From the NCBI GenBank assembly GCA_016283195.1, contig JAEEML010000018.1, forward strand, positions 1 through 41,646: a DNA stretch of 41,646 nt. Reading direction: 5' to 3'. The notes beneath the pieces were generated by a model. The model saw only the letters and a list, made by a program, of their open reading frames with translations. It did no database searches and had not been told where the DNA came from. The position numbers and the translations under genes are program-made. Of this stretch, positions 1-7,593 are shown in pieces. The number at the start of each line of letters is the position of its first letter. Position 1 is the stretch's first letter. Origin of the DNA: Deltaproteobacteria bacterium. GTDB lineage: Bacteria; JAEEML01.

Positions 1-326
1 AAGGTGGCTTCCCCCGGCTCTTCCATGGCCATAAGCCCCTTATAGAGGCTGTAACAGGAACCATAATCCCTAAAATGCTCGTTATAAACCAAACTAATTT
101 TATCGCCGTAACTTTTAAGATGCTCTTTTACATATTCGGTAAGGGCCGCATAGAGATAGCCGCCGACAATGATATATTTGTCATAAGGGCCACAATTTTC
201 CAAAAGCTGATTTAAGAGCGTAAAACGCGGCGAATCCTTATAATAAAGGCACTTTAAGGTCTCTTTTTCCGTATCTTTGTTAAAGCGGCTGGCTGTGCCG
301 GCCACGGTAATAATGAGGTATTTCAT
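1..326 (-). CDS. LicC/PntC-like nucleotidyltransferase (N-terminal part; runs off the window edge; missing from the ORF track)
   Basis: Manual translation from ATG at 326: MKYLIITVAGTASRFNKDTEKETLKCLYY...IIVGGY...VYNEHFRDYGSCYSLYKG, open to base 1. Resembles the GT-A NTP-transferase start (IIxxAGxxSR..KCL). ATGA overlap with the upstream SDR stop. Confidence 0.75.
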   Translation of the reverse strand, partial: MKYLIITVAGTASRFNKDTEKETLKCLYYKDSPRFTLLNQLLENCGPYDKYIIVGGYLYAALTEYVKEHLKSYGDKISLVYNEHFRDYGSCYSLYKGLMAMEEPGEAT

Positions 327-1321
327 TTTTCGATACTCTTTACGCACATAGTGAGCCCTTCATCAAGCGAAATAATGGGCTGCCAATTGGTGCGGGTGCG
401 GATTTTCTCCGTATTTAAAAGGCGGCGCTCCGGATCCGACTTGCGGTAGCCCTCAAAACGGATTTTTACCTCAGGAATGCCCATCTTCTTGGCAATGAGT
501 TTTACCAAATCGACAATGGAAATCTCCTCATCGGTTGCCACATTATAAACGGTGCCGTCTAAGGCCTTAGGCGTCTCCATGAGCGCCATCACCGCCCGGC
601 AGCTATCAATATTGTGCAAAAAGGTGCGCCTGTTTACTTTGGAATTTTCGAGCAGGGTAACTTCCGGTTTTTCGAGGAGATTATCAATAATATGCGGAAT
701 AATGTGCTCGGCAAAGCGCTCGTGTTTGCTATAGACATTGGCAAAGCGGATGGAGCAGCCCTTGATTTTGCCTTTATCTACAGCATCTTTCATAAAAAAT
801 TCGGTTAAGAGCTTGCCCACCGCGTAACTCGTGCGCTGGCTGTGCTCCGCCGTGGCCATGAGTAAAAAGTCATCTTCGCGCACACCGCCCTTTTCGTTCC
901 ACGACTGCATGGAATAGACCTCGGAAGTGGAGCAATTTATATAAGTATCGGCCCCCAGGCTGATGGCCATATCCAGAAAAGTTTTCATGGAGACGACATT
1001 GGTGGTAAAGGTGTGCTCAACTTCATAAAAATGTTTGGTGTGCACCACAGCGGCGCAATTGATAAAGATGAGGCGGCCGGAGTAACTCCCTTTAAGGCTT
1101 TTCACCTTTTCGGCAATGGCGGCCATCTCTTCGCCGTTATTGATATCATATTCAAAAAAGAGAAAACCAGCGCGCCCTAAAAGGTCTTTTACCGTGTCGA
1201 TGGAGCTGGCAAAGAAATTGTCAAAACCGATGACCATGTTGCCATCTTTTAAGAGCTCCCGGGAAAGCTGGCTGCCGGTCATGCCGGTGGCGCCGCTAAT
1301 GACATAAAGATTGTTAATCAT
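323..1321 (-). CDS. NAD-dependent epimerase/dehydratase (extended SDR, UDP-glucuronate decarboxylase/ArnA-like)
   Basis: GATGMTG Rossmann motif, STSEVY, RTSYAVGK (YxxxK), RFANVY, RTFLH, YNVAT. Confidence 0.85.
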   Translation of the reverse strand: MINNLYVISGATGMTGSQLSRELLKDGNMVIGFDNFFASSIDTVKDLLGRAGFLFFEYDINNGEEMAAIAEKVKSLKGSYSGRLIFINCAAVVHTKHFYEVEHTFTTNVVSMKTFLDMAISLGADTYINCSTSEVYSMQSWNEKGGVREDDFLLMATAEHSQRTSYAVGKLLTEFFMKDAVDKGKIKGCSIRFANVYSKHERFAEHIIPHIIDNLLEKPEVTLLENSKVNRRTFLHNIDSCRAVMALMETPKALDGTVYNVATDEEISIVDLVKLIAKKMGIPEVKIRFEGYRKSDPERRLLNTEKIRTRTNWQPIISLDEGLTMCVKSIEK

Positions 1322-1333
1322 AAAAACTCCTTT

Positions 1334-2062
1334 TTAAATGCCCAAAGAGAGGCGATCGCGATAAAAGGCATCCACTTCAATGCTATAAAGTTTTTGTTCG
1401 GCCGCAAAATCATAAGGAATAGCCAGATGGGTATATGCCGTGGTCTTGGTATCGAGAATACCAAACTGGGCGCAGGGATTAATATTTCTGGGCTGGCCCA
1501 CCGAACCGGGATTGATAAAGATAGTTTTTTTCTTATTTCTGGTGGTGGGGCTATCGGCCGCAAAGAGCACTTCAAAATAGTGCGGCACGTGAGAATGGGC
1601 CGTTAAAACATAGTCATAAGGCGCATATTCGGCCCGCGTAAGCTCAGCCGGCGTAAATTTGCCCCAATAGGGGTCGCCTAAAATGCCATGCAGCAAAAGA
1701 AACTTTTGGCCGGAAATATTAAGCAGCGCCTCACCCTTGGGATTCATGCGCTCATTTATATAAGAGAGAGAGGCCGGCGTGAGCTTTTTTTGCGTATAAT
1801 GGAGCATCGCCCGCCCGCGATCGCTCGCAAAGCGCGTAGTGTCGTTATCCAGCACTGCCTTCTCGTGGTTGCCCCAGATTTCGGCCAAAAAGTCGTCATC
1901 TAAATCTTTAATTATTTCGATAACTTCATTGGGGCGCATGCCGTAGTCGATGAGGTCGCCCAAAAAGATAAATTTTTCCACCTGCCGCGCCCGGCACTCT
2001 TTGAGCACCGCGTTTAGAGCGGTCACATTGGCATGGATATCGGCCAGGATAGCCAGCAGCAT
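1334..2062 (-). CDS. Calcineurin-like metallophosphoesterase (YfcE/MJ0912-like)
   Basis: ADIHAN, LGDLIDYG, GNHE, LHG, AHSH and NPGSVGQPR motifs. Confidence 0.9.
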   Translation of the reverse strand: MLLAILADIHANVTALNAVLKECRARQVEKFIFLGDLIDYGMRPNEVIEIIKDLDDDFLAEIWGNHEKAVLDNDTTRFASDRGRAMLHYTQKKLTPASLSYINERMNPKGEALLNISGQKFLLLHGILGDPYWGKFTPAELTRAEYAPYDYVLTAHSHVPHYFEVLFAADSPTTRNKKKTIFINPGSVGQPRNINPCAQFGILDTKTTAYTHLAIPYDFAAEQKLYSIEVDAFYRDRLSLGI

Positions 2063-3190
2063 TTACTTCCTCAAAAATTCCATCAGCGCCTTTTTGTTCT
2101 CTATGGGCGTGGTTGTCGGCCGGCCCAGGTCCGGGCGGTTCCCTTTTTTGACCTTTATTTCCAAAAGGAGCGGGCCCTGGGTGTGGGCGACTTCTTCTAG
2201 CGCCGCGGCCAATGTTTCCCGGCTATCGGCACTAAAAGCGGCGCGGTAGCCCAGGGCGCGGGCCACCGCCGGGAGGTCGATTTTCAGCCCCACCGTGGGC
2301 TGGCCACCCACGGAATCATGGGCCCCGTTGTTGAAAATTACATGCACATAGCCGGCCGGCGCGTTTTGGGCCACAATAGCCATGGAGCCCAGGTGCATAA
2401 TGGCCGCGCCGTCGCCGTCGAAGCAAAAGACCCGGCGGTCGCCCTTATTAAGGGCGATGCCGAGCGCGATTTGTGAAGCGTGCCCCATAGAGCCCACAGT
2501 TAAAAAATCGCGCTCGTGGCCCGCGCCCGTTTGCACCCGGTATTCAAAGAGCTCACGGCTAATCATACCGGTGGTGGAGACAATTACATCCTTTTCACCG
2601 AGAGCGGCGGCCACCTGCTGAATAGCCTCTTCGCGGCTAAGAGTGAGGCCGTTTTCCTGCGCTTTTTGCAACTTATAGTCGCTAAAAGTGCCCTTCTCTA
2701 TAATGAGAGCATATACTTCGCCGCTCTCCTGCATATATTTAGCCGCCTTGGCAATTTGCCCTGCCGCCACCTCTTCTTCTTTGCTCAAAATGTCATAATT
2801 TATGCCCATGACATTCAAAAGGCCGCTCGTTATTTTGCCCTGCTTAATATGCTGCGGCTCATCGTGCACACCGGGGCGGCCGCGCCAGCCGATGAGGAGG
2901 AGGGCCGGAATATTATAGACTTCTTTATCGGTAAGCGAAGCTAGGGGGTTAATGATATTGCCCTCGCCAGAATTTTGCATATAAACAGCGCCGATTTTGC
3001 CGCTGGCGAGATGATAACCGGCGGCAATGGCCAAAGCCGCCCCTTCGTTAGCGGCTATAATATTGTGTTTTTCGTCAATATTATCGGCTATATAGGCGCA
3101 GATATTTTTGAGTAGCGAATCGGGCACACCGGCAAAAAAATCAATGCCGCATTTGGCCAGGGTAGTAACAAAAAACTTGGGGTCTAACAT
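2063..3190 (-). CDS. aepY: Phosphonopyruvate decarboxylase (TPP-dependent)
   Basis: GVPDSLLK, ANEG, YMQNSGEGN, DEPQH, VGSMGH, DGDGA...NNGAHDSVGGQPT. Directly follows the PEP mutase. Confidence 0.95.
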   Translation of the reverse strand: MLDPKFFVTTLAKCGIDFFAGVPDSLLKNICAYIADNIDEKHNIIAANEGAALAIAAGYHLASGKIGAVYMQNSGEGNIINPLASLTDKEVYNIPALLLIGWRGRPGVHDEPQHIKQGKITSGLLNVMGINYDILSKEEEVAAGQIAKAAKYMQESGEVYALIIEKGTFSDYKLQKAQENGLTLSREEAIQQVAAALGEKDVIVSTTGMISRELFEYRVQTGAGHERDFLTVGSMGHASQIALGIALNKGDRRVFCFDGDGAAIMHLGSMAIVAQNAPAGYVHVIFNNGAHDSVGGQPTVGLKIDLPAVARALGYRAAFSADSRETLAAALEEVAHTQGPLLLEIKVKKGNRPDLGRPTTTPIENKKALMEFLRK

Positions 3191-3192
3191 GA

Positions 3193-4500
3193 TTATTTTT
3201 TGGTTCCGGGAATGAGGTTTAAAATTTCCTTAATCGGCATACAGTATTCATTAGAAGCTTCCAGGCTGCGGCTATGAATGAGAATGGATTCGGCGCACTT
3301 TTTCATGGCCGGGTAAGCCGAGCGCAACATGTGGTTGGCATAAATCACAATATTGATACCCCAAGAAGCGAGCTCCTCTTCGGTAAACTGGTTATAAGTG
3401 GTGGGCACCGCCACAATGGGGGTATGGGCATCCTTCTCGCGGAAACGGCGGCAAAATTCCTTAATATCTTCGCCGCTTTTGTTTTTAGAGTGAATCATTA
3501 TGCCATCGCTACCGGCGGCCACATAGGCATGGCAGCGTTCCAGGGCGTCATCAACCGATTTTCCGGCAATCAGCGACTCACAGCGCGAAATAACCATAAA
3601 ATCATTGGTAACCTGAGCAGCTTTGCCGGCGCGTATTTTGGCCGCAAAGCCCTCAATGGTATCCTGCAGCTGCACGGCATCGGTGCCAAAAAGGGAATTT
3701 TGCTTGAGCCCCACCTTATCTTCAATGATAACGGCCGAAATGCCCAGGCGCTCCAAAGTGCGCACCGTAAAGCCGAAATGTTCCACCTTGCCGCCGGTGT
3801 CGCCATCAAAAATCACCGGTTTAGTGGTGACTTCCAAAGTGTCGTTGAGGTCGTGCAGGCGGGTTGTTAAATCCACCGCTTCGATATCCGGCTTGCCCTT
3901 ACTGGTGGAATCGGTGAGCGAAGAGGACCACATGCCGTCAAATTCGCGCACTGCGCCATTAATCTCCACGCTGGTATGCTCGGCAATGAGGCCGGTAAGG
4001 CCATTATGCGATTCCAAAATGCGCACAATGGGCTTAGCGGCAATCAGGCGGCGGAGAGCTTTTAAGCGCGCCTCCGGCGTGGTGCCCAAAGCGTCCATCT
4101 CTTTTTTGAGCCCGGTGGAAGTAATGCCCTTTGTATAGGGAATCTCAATCACCTCTCCCCCCTGGGCCGCCATCACCTTAAAAACCTCATCGCGAATATA
4201 TCTATCCGCGCCCTGACACCAGTCATCGCCGTGAATAATGTAATCGGGTTTATATCTTTTGAGGTTTTCTACATAGCTCCATTCGTCTTGCGGCACCACC
4301 CGGCTCACACCCTTAATATTCTCGATAACATTTTTGCGCTGCTCATAGTTCAGATAAGGCAGGCGCTTGTGGGTGGCAATGGCTTTATCGGTAAAAAGGC
4401 CGATCATTACTTCGCCGTATTTGGCGCCCTCATTAATGATATTGATGAGGCCGGGGTGCATGATGTCCCCAATCATTCCTAAATAAACTGTCTTGGCCAT
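3193..4500 (-). CDS. aepX: Phosphoenolpyruvate mutase with N-terminal cytidylyltransferase-like domain
   Basis: Diagnostic EDKxxxKxNS motif (EDKVGLKQNS), DGDTGG, YANH. The first ~130 aa are TagD-like (DIMHPG, HGDDW, IPYTKGITST). Confidence 0.95.
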   Translation of the reverse strand: MAKTVYLGMIGDIMHPGLINIINEGAKYGEVMIGLFTDKAIATHKRLPYLNYEQRKNVIENIKGVSRVVPQDEWSYVENLKRYKPDYIIHGDDWCQGADRYIRDEVFKVMAAQGGEVIEIPYTKGITSTGLKKEMDALGTTPEARLKALRRLIAAKPIVRILESHNGLTGLIAEHTSVEINGAVREFDGMWSSSLTDSTSKGKPDIEAVDLTTRLHDLNDTLEVTTKPVIFDGDTGGKVEHFGFTVRTLERLGISAVIIEDKVGLKQNSLFGTDAVQLQDTIEGFAAKIRAGKAAQVTNDFMVISRCESLIAGKSVDDALERCHAYVAAGSDGIMIHSKNKSGEDIKEFCRRFREKDAHTPIVAVPTTYNQFTEEELASWGINIVIYANHMLRSAYPAMKKCAESILIHSRSLEASNEYCMPIKEILNLIPGTKK

Positions 4501-4711
4501 AGAACCCTCTTCCTCCCGCGAGACTTATAATATAAAAGGCCTTAACTTGGCCACCAGATTTTCTTGGCCGGCCGGCGCTTATTCTTCTAAGCTGCCTTGA
4601 GGCCCGGAACTTCCATTTGCAAAGAATTCGTCAGGTATTATATAAGGGTGGCTCGCGGTTGTCCCTAAGGTGCCGGGACTAACGCTAAGGAAGTTAATTG
4701 GTTGATATTTC

Positions 4712-6187
4712 ATGGATAATAATTCTAGCCAGAACAATTCAGCTCTGCGTTCCAAAGCCTTTGGCGGCTTTTTCTGGCGTTTTTTGGAGCGCACCGGAGC
4801 AGAACTGGTTACCTTTGTTGTCTCCGTTATTCTAGCCCGCCTTTTGGATCCGGATTATTACGGCCTCGTGGCTATGGCCTCCGTTATTGTGGCCATTTTA
4901 AATGTTTTTGTGGATAGCGGTTTCGGTAATGCCCTAATTCAAAAGAAGAATGCCGATGAATTGGATTTTTCCACTGTCTTCTTCTTTAATATCGGCGCCT
5001 GCATCTGCATGTATTTATTGCTTTACTTTACCGCCCCGTATATGGCTTCTTTTTACAAAATGCCGGATTTAACTTATGTTATAAGGGTGCTTGGCTTAAT
5101 CCTGATTATCTCTGGCCTCAAAAATATCCAGCAAGCTTATGTTTCCCGCCACATGCTTTTTAAGCGCTTCTTTTTTGCCACTCTCGGCGGCACCCTCGGC
5201 GCGGCGGCTATAGGTATTTTCATGGCCTATAAAGGTTACGGCGTTTGGGCTTTAGTGGCGCAAACACTTTTTAATACCATCACCGATACCGTCATTTTAT
5301 GGTTCACCGTGCCTTGGCGCCCCAAGCTTATTTTTTCTTTTAATCGCTTAAAGGGGCTCTTTAATTACGGCTGGAAAATGCTGGCCTCGGCCATCATTGA
5401 TCGCGCTTACAATGAGCTGCGCACTCTCTGCATCGGCCGCCTCTATCAGCCGGCCGATTTAGCTTATTACCGCAAAGCCGGCTCTTTTCCAAAAATGATT
5501 GTCACCAACATCAATAGCGCCATAGCCAGCGTGCTTATGCCACTTTTATCGCAAAAGCAAGACGACACAGAGAGTGTGCGCAACATAACCAGCATGGCTA
5601 TAAAGACCACCACTTTTCTTATCATGCCGGCAATGATGGGCCTTGCTATCTGTGCAGAATCTTTTGTGCTTTTGCTCTTAACGGAAAAATGGCTGCCTTG
5701 TGTGCCCTTTATCCGCATTGCCTGCTTTACTTATGCCTTTTATCCTATCCACACCACTAATCTGGTAGCCATTCAGGCTCTGGGGCGCAGCGATATTTTT
5801 TTAAAGCTGGAAATATTCAAAAAAATATTTAATATCATTATATTAATTATCACCGTCAATTATGGCGTCTTGGCCATTGCCTACGGCGGTGTAGCCATTT
5901 CCATCGCCAATCAGCTCATCAACTCCTGGCCCAACAAAAAACTCTTAAATTATAGCTATTTGCAGCAACTAAATGATATGTTACCCCAAATAATTCTCTC
6001 CCTGGTAATGGGCGCTATAGTTTATCCTTTTACCTTTTTAAAGCTCTCCCCGCTCACTACTCTGCTAATCCAAATACCCTGCGGTATCTTCGTTTATTTT
6101 GCCATGGCCCATATTTTAAATTTAAAAACTTATAATTATTTCAAAAAAATAAGCCGCGAATTTATAGCCAAGAAGTTTAAAAAATGA
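4712..6187 (+). CDS. wzx: Wzx/WzxC-type polysaccharide flippase (MOP family)
   Basis: W..LER....FVVSVILARLL.P..YG, DSGFGNALIQKK; many hydrophobic helices; 491 aa. Confidence 0.9.
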   Translation: MDNNSSQNNSALRSKAFGGFFWRFLERTGAELVTFVVSVILARLLDPDYYGLVAMASVIVAILNVFVDSGFGNALIQKKNADELDFSTVFFFNIGACICMYLLLYFTAPYMASFYKMPDLTYVIRVLGLILIISGLKNIQQAYVSRHMLFKRFFFATLGGTLGAAAIGIFMAYKGYGVWALVAQTLFNTITDTVILWFTVPWRPKLIFSFNRLKGLFNYGWKMLASAIIDRAYNELRTLCIGRLYQPADLAYYRKAGSFPKMIVTNINSAIASVLMPLLSQKQDDTESVRNITSMAIKTTTFLIMPAMMGLAICAESFVLLLLTEKWLPCVPFIRIACFTYAFYPIHTTNLVAIQALGRSDIFLKLEIFKKIFNIIILIITVNYGVLAIAYGGVAISIANQLINSWPNKKLLNYSYLQQLNDMLPQIILSLVMGAIVYPFTFLKLSPLTTLLIQIPCGIFVYFAMAHILNLKTYNYFKKISREFIAKKFKK

Positions 6188-6215
6188 TTTTTATAGTAAG
6201 GCGCTGGAGATTGCC

Positions 6216-7232
6216 ATGATTAAGCCGCTTGTTTCAGTAAAGTGCATGACCTATAACCACGGCCCCTATATAGCTGAATGTCTCGATGGTTTTATGGCGC
6301 AAAAGACAAATTTCCCCTTTGAAGTGCTGGTGCACGACGATGCCTCAACCGATGACACTGCCGCCGTTATCCGCCGCTATGAAAAGAAATATCCCCAGAT
6401 AATAAAGCCGATTTACGAAAAGGAAAATCTCTATTCCAAAGAGGATGTCTCGGTACACACCGGCATAGATGCCCTTATTAGCGGCAAGTATTTGGCTATC
6501 TGCGAAGGCGACGACTATTGGTGCGACCCTTATAAATTGCAAAAACAGGTAGATTTTTTAGAGAGCCATCCGGATTATTCCCTGGTGCACAGCGCCAAAA
6601 AAGTTTATGTGCAAAAAAATCGGCGCTTCGCCATAAAACTTCCGGTCCATGTTCCTAAAGATGATGAATATTTTAACTATTTACTTACCGAGCGCAATTG
6701 TATTTCCACTCCCACGGTGATGATGCGCTCTGCTATGTATAAAGAGTACCGCCGGGTGATAAATCCGGCTGTCAAAGAGGGCTGGATTTTAGGCGATTTG
6801 CCCATGTGGCTCTATGCCGCAAGGAAAGGCAAAATTCACTTTATGCCGGAAAAAACGGCTGTTTATCGCCAGCTTACACATTCGGCCTCCCATTTTTCCT
6901 CCACGGAAAAATACTGGACTTTTGTGTGTTCGGTGCGCACAATCCGCGAATTTTTTGCCGAAAAATATGGCGTCGCTCTGCCCCCCTGGAATAAAGAACT
7001 GGCTTTTTATGAAGCCGCTTGCAACTCGCTGGGGAGTTCTTATTCCGAAGCCAACCGGGCAACCCTTTTAGCGGCCTTCCGCGCTTTAAAAAATGAGCAA
7101 AAAAAGCTTTCGCTCCTTATACCGCTTGCGGCCTCAGTGAGTAAAACAAGTTATAAATTCTGGTATTACGGCCGCTCGGCCCAAAAATTTTATAGCCGCA
7201 AGCTAAATTCGCTCTTTAAGGCCATTTTTTAA
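6216..7232 (+). CDS. Glycosyltransferase family 2
   Basis: PLVSV...TYNH, HDDASTD, CEGDDYW...KLQKQ. Confidence 0.9.
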   Translation: MIKPLVSVKCMTYNHGPYIAECLDGFMAQKTNFPFEVLVHDDASTDDTAAVIRRYEKKYPQIIKPIYEKENLYSKEDVSVHTGIDALISGKYLAICEGDDYWCDPYKLQKQVDFLESHPDYSLVHSAKKVYVQKNRRFAIKLPVHVPKDDEYFNYLLTERNCISTPTVMMRSAMYKEYRRVINPAVKEGWILGDLPMWLYAARKGKIHFMPEKTAVYRQLTHSASHFSSTEKYWTFVCSVRTIREFFAEKYGVALPPWNKELAFYEAACNSLGSSYSEANRATLLAAFRALKNEQKKLSLLIPLAASVSKTSYKFWYYGRSAQKFYSRKLNSLFKAIF

Positions 7233-7288
7233 CGCCCACTAAGTTCTCTTAAAAATAATTTCTAGCACTTTAGGAAAGGCCGGCGGGT

Positions 7289-7328
7289 AAAAAAAAGACC
7301 CGCAAGGCTGGGAGTTCCTCACGGGCCT
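7289..7328 (-). terminator. Rho-independent terminator
   Basis: Minus strand AGGCCCGUGAGG-AACUCCCAG-CCUUGCGGGUCU followed by a U-run. The 12-bp stem is complete only with G:U pairs on the minus strand, which fixes the orientation. Confidence 0.8.
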
Positions 7329-7419
7329 AAAACCAAAGCTGAGTCATCCTTGCTCAGCCATCGCAGAGAGAGCGGATTGCCAGGGGACGCCTTTCTTTTA
7401 ATGTTAAGCCCCGCTCCGC
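7289..7419 (-). ncRNA. Candidate sigma54-dependent small RNA (~130 nt, three stem-loops)
   Basis: Lies between a consensus -24/-12 promoter and an intrinsic terminator. Stems: GAGCGG/CCGCUC, GCUGAG-CAAGGAUG-A-CUCAGC, and the terminator hairpin. No credible ORF. The 5' end is estimated from promoter geometry. Confidence 0.65.
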
Positions 7420-7429
7420 TATTTTTTAA

Positions 7430-7445
7430 TGCAAGTAGCGTGCCA
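7430..7445 (-). promoter_or_regulatory. sigma54 (RpoN) -24/-12 promoter
   Basis: Minus strand TGGCAC-GCTAC-TTGCA matches the TGGCAC-N5-TTGCW consensus exactly; intergenic. Confidence 0.85.
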
Positions 7446-7460
7446 CAATGGCCATTTCAG

Positions 7461-7575
7461 CATCTTATTGATAATAAAAGAAAATAAGCGTTTTTGTGTT
7501 TGAAAAAAACAGCCCAAAATCCCTAAATTTCCGTAAAGTACGACAAATATGTCATAATGAAGTGACAGATATCAC
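7461..7575. promoter_or_regulatory. IHF-like site and candidate activator (UAS) palindromes upstream of the sigma54 promoter
   Basis: Minus-strand TATCAA-TAAG-ATG at 7461-7473 (one mismatch to WATCAANNNNTTR). Palindromes GACA-AATA-TGTC (7542-7553) and GTGA-CAGATA-TCAC (7562-7575) lie about 100-130 bp upstream of the promoter. Confidence 0.5.
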
Positions 7576-7593
7576 AAGCGGAGGGCGTAATTT

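Noticed and set aside
7289-7419. 6S RNA, tRNA or SRP identity for the intergenic RNA
   Set aside because: Too short for 6S and lacks a long closing stem with a central bubble. No cloverleaf or T-loop. No single long SRP-like hairpin.
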